Origin: Nitrospirae bacterium MYbin3
GTDB lineage: Bacteria; Nitrospirota; Thermodesulfovibrionia; Thermodesulfovibrionales; Dissulfurispiraceae
Direction: 5' to 3'
Assembly: GCA_002753335.1 (NCBI GenBank)
Contig: PEAD01000028.1
Coordinates: 1-38,359, forward strand
Length of the DNA stretch: 38,359 nt
Positions 8,457-17,595 of the stretch are shown piece by piece; the first letter of the stretch is position 1, and each line of letters opens with the position of its first letter. The position numbers were made by a program, and so were the translations under genes. Below the pieces are notes generated by a model. The model was given only the letters and a program-made list of their open reading frames with translations, was not told the DNA's origin and did not search any database.

Positions 8457-9571
8457 ACATAAATACAACCGACATAGATCTTTTGAAAAAGACTATGGAG
8501 TCTTTAATTGCTGCTTCCGAGACAGCAATACAGTCTCATAGGATACTTGAAGAGAAGGTTACACTTTTAACCGCCGAGGTTGACCACAAGAAGCAACTGC
8601 TTGACAGCATTTTGCAGAGCATTGATGTAGGGGTTGTTTTCTTTGACAGCGACGGAATTATACGGCTTATAAATCATGTTGCCGAAAAGCTTTTGAATGT
8701 TTCTGCCGAAGTTGTTGTTGGAGGTTCATCAATAAAGGCGGCTATAGAGGATGAGGTTATCAGGCCCGAAAACGGCAACTCTTTTTCTGCGATAGTTTCA
8801 AGGTCGGATGTAAAGGACGGCAATGGATGTACGATGGGTCAAGTCCTGATATTCAAGGACATAACACGGCTTAAACAGCTTGAAGAGGAAAATGAAAGGA
8901 ACCGAAGACTGACCTCTATGGGCGAACTGGTTCTAAAAATAGCGCACGAGATAAGGAACCCTCTCGGCAGCATCGAGCTTTTTGCGAGTCTTCTGTCATC
9001 AGATTTAAAAGGCACAAATCATGGTGATTATGCTAACCGTATATCTAATTCTGTGCGGACGCTGGTTAATGCGCTGGACAATATGCTCAGGTTTTCTAAA
9101 GACCTCAAGCCAAGACTTGAGCCGGTAGAGCTTAACGATATAGTTGCCGAGATTGGGCGCGAATTCAGCGAACTTTTTTCTCATGACAGGATTGTTTTTA
9201 ATCTGGGAGCTGACGTTCCGGTAATTGTTAATGTTGACAGAGGGCTTATGAGGCAGGCCTTGATGAATATCATGCTCAATGCCGTACAATCTATGCCTGA
9301 CGGAGGAACTATTACTGTGAAGATAGTCAGAAGGGAGATGAACCGGGAGGTTGAACTTTCGGTGCGTGATAGCGGCATTGGTATGAATGAAGAAACAAAG
9401 GCCAAGATATTCGAGCCGTTTTATTCCACGAAAGACAGGGGGACTGGACTGGGTATGTCGATAACCGCAAGTATTATCAAGGCCCACGAAGGCATGATAA
9501 GGGTTGTGAGTGAGTTGGGGGGCGGATCTGAGTTTGTGATTACGCTGCCCGAAAAGGGAAGCTGTTTATGA
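8453..9571 (+). CDS. flrB: Cytoplasmic PAS histidine kinase, FlrB/FleS-like
   Basis: PAS-like region, AHEIRNPL H-box, N/G1/F/G2 boxes; no transmembrane helix; coupled to the downstream regulator. Confidence 0.8.
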   Translation: MNINTTDIDLLKKTMESLIAASETAIQSHRILEEKVTLLTAEVDHKKQLLDSILQSIDVGVVFFDSDGIIRLINHVAEKLLNVSAEVVVGGSSIKAAIEDEVIRPENGNSFSAIVSRSDVKDGNGCTMGQVLIFKDITRLKQLEEENERNRRLTSMGELVLKIAHEIRNPLGSIELFASLLSSDLKGTNHGDYANRISNSVRTLVNALDNMLRFSKDLKPRLEPVELNDIVAEIGREFSELFSHDRIVFNLGADVPVIVNVDRGLMRQALMNIMLNAVQSMPDGGTITVKIVRREMNREVELSVRDSGIGMNEETKAKIFEPFYSTKDRGTGLGMSITASIIKAHEGMIRVVSELGGGSEFVITLPEKGSCL

Positions 9572-10875
9572 GAAATGTGCTGATTCTTGACGATGAAATA
9601 GATATGGCGCTGGCCTTGAAAGAGAGCCTTAAACGGTGCGGTTTTTCTCCGGTGGTCTATCACAATCCAGTGTCTGCGCTTTCGGAGCTTAATTTAGGCG
9701 ACTTTGAACTAATAATTACTGATATGAAGATGCCGAAGATGGATGGCATTGAGTTCCTTCAGGAGGTCCGCAAAAAAGGGCTGTTCACACCCGTAATTGT
9801 TATAACCGGCTACGGAACCGTAGAGAATGCTGTGGATGCTATGAAGCTGGGCGCTACCGATTACATAATGAAGCCTTTTGCTTTTGAGTCGCTGCAGAGG
9901 GTGATAGAGCGGATAATGCCTTCCGAAGAAACGGATATGGTAGCCGAATCACAGGTTATGAAAAACCTTCTTTCGATTGTCCGGGATGTTGCAAAGGCCG
10001 ATATTACGGTACTTGTGACCGGAGAGAGCGGCACCGGCAAAGAAATAATAGCACGCAAGATACACAAAAGCAGTTTGCGCGCAGACAAGCCGTTTGTGGC
10101 TATAAACTGCGCTGCTATTTCTGAGCATCTGCTTGAGTCTGAGCTGTTCGGTTATGAGAAGGGGGCTTTTACCGGAGCAACAGAGAAAAGGATAGGCAAG
10201 TTCGAATTTGCGAATAAAGGCACGCTTCTTCTGGACGAGATCAGCGAGATGGCTTACCCTCTTCAGGCTAAACTGCTGCGCGCTATTCAGGAAAGAGAGA
10301 TCGACAGGGTGGGAGGAAAGACGCCTATTCCGGTTGATGTAAGGATTATAGCCACCACCAACAGGGATCTTTTGTCTGATGTGAAGGCAGGCCGCTTCAG
10401 GGAAGACCTTTATTACAGGCTGAATGTTTTTCCGATAAAAATACCTGCATTAAGGGAGCGGCGCGACGATATAGTTCCTCTTGCCGATTTTTTTATTAAA
10501 GGTCTTGCCCAAAAAATGGGAAGGGGTTTTGAATTGTCGGATGAGTTCAAGAAATACCTTCTGTCAAAGAACTGGGAAGGAAATGTCAGGGAACTGGAAA
10601 ATTTTGCCTACCGTACGGTTGTTGTTTCAAAATCTGACACTTTAATGCCGCCGCACGAGGAAAAAGTTAGCATGTCAAATATGTCACATATGGAGGCTTC
10701 TTTAAGTTCATCCAAAGGCACTATAAAGGACATGGAGAGGGATTTGGTGGTAAAAACCCTAAGAGAAACAAGTGGAAATAGGACAAGGGCAGCAGAGGTT
10801 CTCGGTGTTACTGTTAGAACAATAAGAAACAAGTTGAAGGAATACAGCATAACTGACGAAGAAATAAACAGTTGA
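9568..10875 (+). CDS. flrC: Sigma54 response regulator, FlrC/FleR-like
   Basis: REC domain (DD, DMKMP, KP), AAA+ with GAFTGA, HTH VRTIRNKL. Confidence 0.85.
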   Translation: MRNVLILDDEIDMALALKESLKRCGFSPVVYHNPVSALSELNLGDFELIITDMKMPKMDGIEFLQEVRKKGLFTPVIVITGYGTVENAVDAMKLGATDYIMKPFAFESLQRVIERIMPSEETDMVAESQVMKNLLSIVRDVAKADITVLVTGESGTGKEIIARKIHKSSLRADKPFVAINCAAISEHLLESELFGYEKGAFTGATEKRIGKFEFANKGTLLLDEISEMAYPLQAKLLRAIQEREIDRVGGKTPIPVDVRIIATTNRDLLSDVKAGRFREDLYYRLNVFPIKIPALRERRDDIVPLADFFIKGLAQKMGRGFELSDEFKKYLLSKNWEGNVRELENFAYRTVVVSKSDTLMPPHEEKVSMSNMSHMEASLSSSKGTIKDMERDLVVKTLRETSGNRTRAAEVLGVTVRTIRNKLKEYSITDEEINS

Positions 10876-10884
10876 AAATTAATA

Positions 10885-10900
10885 TGGAATAAAAATTGCA
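10885..10900 (+). promoter_or_regulatory. Sigma54 promoter of the flgB operon
   Basis: TGGAATAAAAATTGCA, GG-N10-GC. Confidence 0.65.
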
Positions 10901-10936
10901 TGATTTGTATGTGAAATTTTATTTTGAGGTGTTTTG

Positions 10937-11296
10937 ATGCCTGATAAGAGCATGGTGCTTTTAGAAAAGATGATAGATATTACGGCGTACAGGCAAAGAC
11001 TGCTCGCGTCTAATGTTGCCAATATAGATACGCCGAATTATAAGGCTAAGGACATATCTTTTCAAAAGGAGCTGGACAGCGCGGTTTCTGAAGCTGCAAG
11101 AGGACTAAAAGGCGTAAACCATAAATACGAGGTTTTTGAATCCCCGTCAAGCATGGCCAGCAGGGATGGCAATACTGTGAACCTTGATATCGAGATGGCA
11201 AAGGTTGGAGAGAACTCTATGATTTTCAGCACAGCCGCACAGCTTATGGCTATGAAGGTAAGAATGATGAAGGAAGCGATTAAAGGAGGCAGATAG
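10937..11296 (+). CDS. flgB: Flagellar basal-body rod protein FlgB
   Basis: LLASNVANIDTPNYKAKD, DGNTVNLDIEM. Confidence 0.95.
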   Translation: MPDKSMVLLEKMIDITAYRQRLLASNVANIDTPNYKAKDISFQKELDSAVSEAARGLKGVNHKYEVFESPSSMASRDGNTVNLDIEMAKVGENSMIFSTAAQLMAMKVRMMKEAIKGGR

Positions 11297-11298
11297 CA

Positions 11299-11706
11299 AT
11301 GGAAAATATGTTCATGCAGCTTAAAGTTAGCGCATCGGCGCTTGAGGCTCAGAAAATAAGAATGAATGTTATTGCTTCCAATATAGCCAATATGAGTTCA
11401 ACTCAGACTCCTGAAGGCGGACCATACAAAAGAAAAGATGTTCTTTTTCAGACATACCTTTTTGGAGAGAACGCAGCAGGTGTAGATATACCAAAGATTG
11501 TTGAGGATTCCCGGCCGTTTAAAAAGATGTTCGAACCTGGGCATCCTGATGCTGATAAAGACGGATATGTGACATATCCCAACGTAAATGGTATTGAGGA
11601 AACTGTCAATCTTATGACTGCTTCAAGGGCGTATGAGGCTAATCTGACGGTTATGAATACATTTAGGGATATGTATATGAAGACGTTGGATATACTAAAG
11701 GCGTAA
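11299..11706 (+). CDS. flgC: Flagellar basal-body rod protein FlgC
   Basis: ASNIAN, GGPYKRK, PGHPDADKDGYV.YPNVN, ASRAYEAN. Confidence 0.96.
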   Translation: MENMFMQLKVSASALEAQKIRMNVIASNIANMSSTQTPEGGPYKRKDVLFQTYLFGENAAGVDIPKIVEDSRPFKKMFEPGHPDADKDGYVTYPNVNGIEETVNLMTASRAYEANLTVMNTFRDMYMKTLDILKA

Positions 11707-11741
11707 ACTAAAAGTGTATGATATAAGCAGGGGGTATTAAG

Positions 11742-12035
11742 ATGAATGAGATTAAAAAAATTGGTGATATTGCTCAGACCATCTCAGGGGTCTCAAAGGC
11801 CAATCAGACGCCTGAGGTCTCTTTTCAGGATGCAATAAAGGATGCCTTGAAGCAGGTCTCAGAAGTGCAGAATGAGGCTGAAAAGGCGATAGAAGACTTT
11901 TCTAAAGGCGATGTTAAAGATATACATACGGTTGTCATAGCGATGGAAAAGGCTGACGTATCACTTCAGACGCTTATGACGGTCAGGAGCAAACTGCTTA
12001 GTGCATATGAAGAAGTTATGAGGATGCAGGTTTGA
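11742..12035 (+). CDS. fliE: Hook-basal body complex protein FliE
   Basis: IHTVVIAMEKA...VRSKLLSAYEEVMRMQV. Confidence 0.96.
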   Translation: MNEIKKIGDIAQTISGVSKANQTPEVSFQDAIKDALKQVSEVQNEAEKAIEDFSKGDVKDIHTVVIAMEKADVSLQTLMTVRSKLLSAYEEVMRMQV

Positions 12036-12063
12036 TTCTTTTATTTTTATATAAGGGCAGAAA

Positions 12064-13596
12064 ATGTCGTTAAGTGACGTTATTTTACAGATGAAAGATT
12101 GGCCTTTAAAAAGAAAGGTCGCTCTAATTTTTTCTATTGTTTTTAGTATCGCTCTTATATCAGGCATTGTTCTCTGGAGTGAAAGAATTGACTTTCAGGT
12201 TTTATACAGCAATTTAGGCACTGAAGACGCTGGGCAGGTTGTTGTTAAGCTGAAAGAGATGAAGGTTCCCTACAACGTAGAAGGGAATGTGATTTATGTG
12301 CCGAGCAACAGAGTGTATGATTTGCGTCTTGAACTGGCCTCACAGGGAATTCCTCAGGGAGGCGGGGTAGGGTTTGAGATATTTGACAAGACACAGCTGG
12401 GCGTTACCGAATTTGTCCAAAAGCTCAACTACCGCCGGGCCTTGCAGGGAGAGCTTTCTAGGACTATAAAGCAGCTTTCTGAAGTTGACCAGTGCAGGGT
12501 TCATATAGCAATTCCGGAAAAGACTATTTTTACCGACAGGGAGCAGCATCCAACCTCATCAGTCGTACTTAAACTCAAGGGCGGACGGGTTCTTAACAAC
12601 GCACAGATAGGCGGCATTATACACCTTGTAGCGAGCAGCGTTGAAGGAATGAGACCACAGGACGTTACTGTTATTGACAATATGGGCACATTGCTTTCGA
12701 AGAGTTCTGGAGCTTCAGGTGATTCGGTTGCTGATTCTAAACAGTTGGAATACCAGAAATCGGTTGAGAAGGAATATGAGAGCAGGTTGCAGAGCATGCT
12801 TGAAGGAGTTATAGGACGAGGAAAGGCGATTGTAAGGGTTGCCACAAAAATAGATTTTACCCAGATAGAAAAAACAGAAGAAAGATATGATCCAGATACT
12901 ATAGCTGTTAGAAGCGAGCAGCGCGTTCAGGATAAGAGCAGCGGATCTTCAGGTGGTGGTGGCGTTCCGGGAGTAATGTCAAACCAGCCCGGTTCCGGCC
13001 AATCCGGCGCTGGCGGTGGAGGATCATCAGCACAAAAACAGACCGAAAGCATCAATTATGAGGTCAGCCGGAGCGTCAGTAAAATAATTCAGCCGAGAGG
13101 CGAAGTCAAGAGCATATCTGTTGCTGTTTTGGTTGACGGCACTTACAAAAAAGAAAAAGAAAAGAAGGTTTATGTCCCCAGAATCGAGGCGGACCTTAAA
13201 AAATATGATGAGCTTGTTAGGGCCGCTATAGGCTTCAATAAGGACAGAGGAGATCAGGTAATAGTTTCAAACGTCTCTTTCGAAGAATCTGTCGAGGAAA
13301 TCGTACCCGAAAAAACAGATTACATGAAGATAGTCTCATCCGTTCTCAAGTATTTGGTGCCTATTATAGTAGTTTTGATAGTGGTGCTTTTTGTGCTCAA
13401 GCCGATTATCGACATCTTAAAGGTGCCGGTGCGCAGGCCTGAGTTTGCGGGGGAATCGGTTCAGATAGGAAGAGGCATGCCGGGAGTTCCTGAAGAGATT
13501 TCTCCAGATGATGTTGTTAAAGATGAGGTTTTAAGCATAGTGAAACAGGATCCTCGAAAGGCTGCAGGCGTTCTTAAAGAGTGGATGTCGGAATAG
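12064..13596 (+). CDS. fliF: MS-ring protein FliF
   Basis: Two TM segments, GFEIFD, RALQGELSRTI, AIGFNKDRGD, C-terminal LKEWM. Confidence 0.96.
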   Translation: MSLSDVILQMKDWPLKRKVALIFSIVFSIALISGIVLWSERIDFQVLYSNLGTEDAGQVVVKLKEMKVPYNVEGNVIYVPSNRVYDLRLELASQGIPQGGGVGFEIFDKTQLGVTEFVQKLNYRRALQGELSRTIKQLSEVDQCRVHIAIPEKTIFTDREQHPTSSVVLKLKGGRVLNNAQIGGIIHLVASSVEGMRPQDVTVIDNMGTLLSKSSGASGDSVADSKQLEYQKSVEKEYESRLQSMLEGVIGRGKAIVRVATKIDFTQIEKTEERYDPDTIAVRSEQRVQDKSSGSSGGGGVPGVMSNQPGSGQSGAGGGGSSAQKQTESINYEVSRSVSKIIQPRGEVKSISVAVLVDGTYKKEKEKKVYVPRIEADLKKYDELVRAAIGFNKDRGDQVIVSNVSFEESVEEIVPEKTDYMKIVSSVLKYLVPIIVVLIVVLFVLKPIIDILKVPVRRPEFAGESVQIGRGMPGVPEEISPDDVVKDEVLSIVKQDPRKAAGVLKEWMSE

Positions 13597-13600
13597 ATAG

Positions 13601-14584
13601 ATGAAAAAGCTTTCTGGCGTCGAGAAGGTTGCTGCTTTCTTATCTATGGTTGGTGAAGAATCAGCCACTCAGGTTTTCAAGCATTTAGATCCTATGGAGC
13701 TTTCCAGAATAGTTCCGATGATGTCGAGGGTTAAGATATCTCCAGACGAAGCCATTTTTGTTATCAGAGAATTTCATGATAAGACAGGTAGCGGGGCTAT
13801 GCTGAGTGTTGATGACGATTATATCAAGAAGCTGCTTACCAAGGCTTTTGGCGATGATCAGGCCAAGAAGCTTATGGACAAGATCGAAAGCGGTGCGAGC
13901 GCCTTCGACGTATTGCGGTGGCTTGATTCTGGAGCGATATCCAGCATGCTTGCGCGTGAGCATCCGCAGACTATTGCGATAGTTCTTGCGCATCTGGAGC
14001 CGACGCAGGCTGCAGAAGTTCTCAGTAAGCTTCCTGAGCATATTAAGATAGATGTTTCGCTGAGGATAGCGAGCCTTGACCAGATATCACCCTCCATTCT
14101 TGAGGAGCTCGAGGATGTTCTGCAAAAGCAGCTGCACACATATACGAGAGGCAGGAAGATCGGCGGTATTAAAACCGTGGCAGAGATACTCAACCAGCTT
14201 GACCGGGCCTCGGAAGATCTTATCATTAAAAATATTGAGGAAAAGGACCAGATACTGGCAGACGAGATACGGAAGCTTATGTTTACATTCGACGACCTCG
14301 TTCATATCGACGACAGAGGCATTCAGATGGTTATGAAGGAGATCACCACCGACGATCTTGCACTTGCCCTTAAAATGGCGTCAGAGGATCTCAAGAACAA
14401 GATATTCAAGAACATGTCGCAGAGGGCATCCCAGATACTTAAGGAAGAGATGGAAGCCAAGGGAGCGGTTAAAGTCTCGGATGTTGAAAAGGCCCAGATG
14501 AACATTGTCCGTGTCGCAAGAAGACTTGAAGAAGAGGGCAAGATAGTCATCGGCGGCAAGGGTGGAGAAGAGCTTGTCGCTTAA
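13601..14584 (+). CDS. fliG: Motor switch protein FliG
   Basis: EHPQTIA, MFTFDDL, NMSQRA. Confidence 0.97.
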   Translation: MKKLSGVEKVAAFLSMVGEESATQVFKHLDPMELSRIVPMMSRVKISPDEAIFVIREFHDKTGSGAMLSVDDDYIKKLLTKAFGDDQAKKLMDKIESGASAFDVLRWLDSGAISSMLAREHPQTIAIVLAHLEPTQAAEVLSKLPEHIKIDVSLRIASLDQISPSILEELEDVLQKQLHTYTRGRKIGGIKTVAEILNQLDRASEDLIIKNIEEKDQILADEIRKLMFTFDDLVHIDDRGIQMVMKEITTDDLALALKMASEDLKNKIFKNMSQRASQILKEEMEAKGAVKVSDVEKAQMNIVRVARRLEEEGKIVIGGKGGEELVA

Positions 14585-15191
14585 AGAGGACCAGTCTGGT
14601 GTTCAGCTTTATGCGCCGATGCAGTTTGAGTCTCCGGCCGAACTAAAGGTAAAGGAATTCCAGACAGAGAAGCATATTGTTGAAAGAGTAAAGATCAAAG
14701 AGGAAGAAGCTTATAAAGCTGCTTACGAAAAGACTTTAGTCATAGCTAAAGCAGATATCGATGATAAGCTCAGAAATCTTGAGCGCATAATTGTTTCACT
14801 CGAAGGTTTCAGCGCAAAGCTGGTTGACAAGCTTATGCCCGATATAATTTCACTTTCCTCCGAGATAGCCAAAAAGGTGATTCTTAAAGAAGTTGCTCTG
14901 GATAGAACCATAGTTATGAATGTTGCTGCCGAAGCCATAAAAAAGGTGTCGGAGCGCGAGGAGCAAATTACGATCAAAATTAATCCTATTGATTATGAAC
15001 TGATTGTTGCGAACAGCGAGTTTTTTAAAGACCGTTCTGGTTTAAAAGACATTGTTATAGAGCCTGCGCCTTCTGTTTCTCGCGGCGGCTGTTATATAGA
15101 AACACAGACCGGAGAGATAGACGCAAGGCTCGAAGAAAAGTTTAAGGAACTCGACAATGTCATCGACACATCCACAAATAGCCAAGAGTAA
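14562..15191 (+). CDS. fliH: Flagellar assembly protein FliH
   Basis: Position between fliG and fliI; IKINPID, RGGCYIETQTGEIDAR. Confidence 0.9.
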   Translation: MEKSLSLKEDQSGVQLYAPMQFESPAELKVKEFQTEKHIVERVKIKEEEAYKAAYEKTLVIAKADIDDKLRNLERIIVSLEGFSAKLVDKLMPDIISLSSEIAKKVILKEVALDRTIVMNVAAEAIKKVSEREEQITIKINPIDYELIVANSEFFKDRSGLKDIVIEPAPSVSRGGCYIETQTGEIDARLEEKFKELDNVIDTSTNSQE

Positions 15192-16494
15192 AGAATTTCT
15201 GAAGGAATCGGACCTTGTAAAAGTTTACGGCAGGGTTACGCGCGGTGTGGGGCTGATCCTCGAAGGCCTGGGCCCAAAAACAAAAATCGGTGATATCTGC
15301 CAAATTCAATCAAACGAAGGCAAATTGGACAGTCAGGATTCTTTTATAGAAGCTGAGGTTATTGGCTTCAAAGAGGATAAGGTTCTTCTTATGCCTTTAG
15401 GGAATATGGTCGGCATAGGCCCTGGGTCAAAAATCATAGCTCGAGGCAAGCAGAAGTACATTAAAGTCGGGGACTCTCTTTTGGGAAGGGTTCTGGATGG
15501 CATGGGCAATCCTATTGACGGCAAGGGTAGTGTATCAGGCCATCTTTATCCGATTTATAAAGATCCTATAAATCCTCTCTACAGGCTAAGAATAACAGAG
15601 GCTTTGGATCTCGGCATAAAATCGATTAACAGCATGCTTACTATTGGGAAGGGCCAAAGAATAGGCATAATGGCAGGAAGCGGGGTTGGCAAGAGTGTGC
15701 TTCTCGGAATGATGGCAAGGAATACAACAGCAGATGTTAATGTCATTGCACTTATAGGAGAGCGCGGCAGGGAAGTAAGGGAATTTATAGAAAAAGATTT
15801 GGGCGAAGAAGGGTGCAAAAGATCGGTGCTTGTGGTGGCCACATCAGACACTTCGCCTTTGATGAGAATTAGGGGCGCGTATGTTGCCACCGCGATAGCC
15901 GAATATTTCAGGTCACAGGGGAAAGATGTTCTTTTGATGATGGACTCTCTCACGAGGTTCGCCATGGCTCAGCGTGAGATAGGCCTTGCTGCCGGTGAAC
16001 CGCCCACCACAAAAGGGTATCCCCCGTCAGTCTTTAATCTGCTGCCAAAGTTTCTCGAGCGCGCAGGCACATGGAGCAGCGAAGGAACAATAACCGGTCT
16101 TTATACAGTTCTTGTTGAGGGCGATGATATGAATGAGCCTATAGCCGATGCTGCTCGTTCAATACTCGACGGGCATGTTGTGCTTTCCCGTGAACTGGCG
16201 AACCATAACCATTATCCGGCCATAGATGTCCTTCAGAGCATCAGCAGGCTTATGAAGGACATCACCGAAAAGAAGCACAGATCAGCGGTTGAAAAAGCGC
16301 TGGAGATTATGGCCACCTATAAAAGATATGAGGATGTTATTACCATAGGGGCTTATAAGGAAGGCACAAATCCTAAGCTCGATTACTCTATAAAAATGAT
16401 GGACCGAATTAGAAATTTTCTAAGGCAGGATATTTCCGAAAGGGTAACCTTTGATGATGGTGTATCAAGGCTTACCGGTCTTTTCGAGCAATAA
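15157..16494 (+). CDS. fliI: Flagellar export ATPase FliI
   Basis: GSGVGKS, GERGREV, MDSLTRFAMAQRE, YPAIDVLQSISR. Confidence 0.97.
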   Translation: MSSTHPQIAKSKEFLKESDLVKVYGRVTRGVGLILEGLGPKTKIGDICQIQSNEGKLDSQDSFIEAEVIGFKEDKVLLMPLGNMVGIGPGSKIIARGKQKYIKVGDSLLGRVLDGMGNPIDGKGSVSGHLYPIYKDPINPLYRLRITEALDLGIKSINSMLTIGKGQRIGIMAGSGVGKSVLLGMMARNTTADVNVIALIGERGREVREFIEKDLGEEGCKRSVLVVATSDTSPLMRIRGAYVATAIAEYFRSQGKDVLLMMDSLTRFAMAQREIGLAAGEPPTTKGYPPSVFNLLPKFLERAGTWSSEGTITGLYTVLVEGDDMNEPIADAARSILDGHVVLSRELANHNHYPAIDVLQSISRLMKDITEKKHRSAVEKALEIMATYKRYEDVITIGAYKEGTNPKLDYSIKMMDRIRNFLRQDISERVTFDDGVSRLTGLFEQ

Positions 16495-16504
16495 GAACTA
16501 AATT

Positions 16505-16954
16505 ATGGCGACTCCCATAGAAAGCCTGTTGAGCCTCAAACGATGGGAGGAGGATCAGGCTAAAAACAGGTTTGCGATGCTTTTGAAAGAGCTTGCTATT
16601 GAGGAGGGGATTTTGGAAGAGCTTGAGCAGAACTATGCTTTGTCTTCCGAAAAGGTCAAGAATAATCATTATGAGCCGAAAACAATAGATAAGATACAGG
16701 AGCTTCTTGTCTTTATCGAGGCGCTGGTGAATAAGATTCACCAGCAGGAAGAAAATATAAGAAATAAGGCGCTGGAAGTTGAGCGCGCGCGTGGCTTTCT
16801 GGAAGAGGCAACAAAAGAAAGAAAGACTTTTGAAAGGCTAGATGAAAGACAGAAAGAGATGATAAAAAAAGATATGGACCGAAAAGAACAAAAAATAACC
16901 GATGAACATGCGTCAGCAAGGCATGGCAAAAAGGATGTTGGTGAGACGGGCTGA
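16505..16954 (+). CDS. fliJ: Flagellar export chaperone FliJ
   Basis: 149-aa coiled coil after fliI; ERKTFERL, EQKITDE. Confidence 0.88.
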   Translation: MATPIESLLSLKRWEEDQAKNRFAMLLKELAIEEGILEELEQNYALSSEKVKNNHYEPKTIDKIQELLVFIEALVNKIHQQEENIRNKALEVERARGFLEEATKERKTFERLDERQKEMIKKDMDRKEQKITDEHASARHGKKDVGETG

Positions 16955-16955
16955 T

Positions 16956-17462
16956 ATGTCATTTTGCAAATTATTTATTTTTACGGCAGCGATAGTATTC
17001 ATGCTTTTATTTTTTTCGTACCCTGTTTCTTATTCTCAGGATGCAAAAGAGGGGGCTGATTCAGGTGTGGCCAAAAGCGATAATTCTACAGAACAGGCAA
17101 AACCTAAATCAGCAAAAGCTATCGAAGAAGAACGGCTGCTAATTTTAAAAGCTGATATCAAAAAAGAGATAGAGCAATTAAACAGGCTGAAAAAAGAGAT
17201 AGAGGATGCAAAGAACTCCCTTGCACAAAAGCGGCAGGAATCCATAGACAAGATAGTAAAAATATTTGAGTCAATGCCTGCCGAAGATGCTGCACGAAGA
17301 ATAGAGAAGCTTGATGAGAATAATTCGGTTTTGATATTGAGCTCTCTTAAACCTAAAGTTGCAGGAAAGATCCTTGCTCAGATAGAAGTTGAGATGGCTG
17401 CATCCATATCAAAAAAGATGATCGCAAAGAGCAGGGCTTCGCAGGAAAAATCTTCCCGGTAG
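16956..17462 (+). CDS. MotE/FlbB-like protein (MgtE N-terminal-like domain)
   Basis: Signal/TM, coiled coil, KIFESMPAEDAA..LKPKVAGKILA; conserved position after fliJ; start moved from 16902. Confidence 0.75.
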   Translation: MSFCKLFIFTAAIVFMLLFFSYPVSYSQDAKEGADSGVAKSDNSTEQAKPKSAKAIEEERLLILKADIKKEIEQLNRLKKEIEDAKNSLAQKRQESIDKIVKIFESMPAEDAARRIEKLDENNSVLILSSLKPKVAGKILAQIEVEMAASISKKMIAKSRASQEKSSR

Positions 17463-17474
17463 GAAAAAAGTTCC
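17444..17474. promoter_or_regulatory. Tandem GGAA-N5-TTCC palindromes, candidate FlrC enhancer
   Basis: GGAAAAATCTTCC (17444) and GGAAAAAAGTTCC (17462), 18 bp apart, upstream of a consensus sigma54 promoter. Confidence 0.55.
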
Positions 17475-17521
17475 ATTCACTTTTGCCTCTCCGCTGTAAA
17501 TAAAAACAAGTTTTCTTTTAA

Positions 17522-17534
17522 AAACAATTGATTG
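17522..17534. promoter_or_regulatory. IHF-like site
   Basis: AAACAATTGATTG, one mismatch to WATCAANNNNTTR. Confidence 0.55.
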
Positions 17535-17540
17535 TTAATG

Positions 17541-17556
17541 TGGCACGCCTATTGCA
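17541..17556 (+). promoter_or_regulatory. Sigma54 promoter of fliK-flgD-flgE
   Basis: TGGCACGCCTATTGCA, perfect consensus. Confidence 0.88.
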
Positions 17557-17595
17557 TTTACCATTGAGCTTTAATGAAAATGCGGGGGTGAGCTG

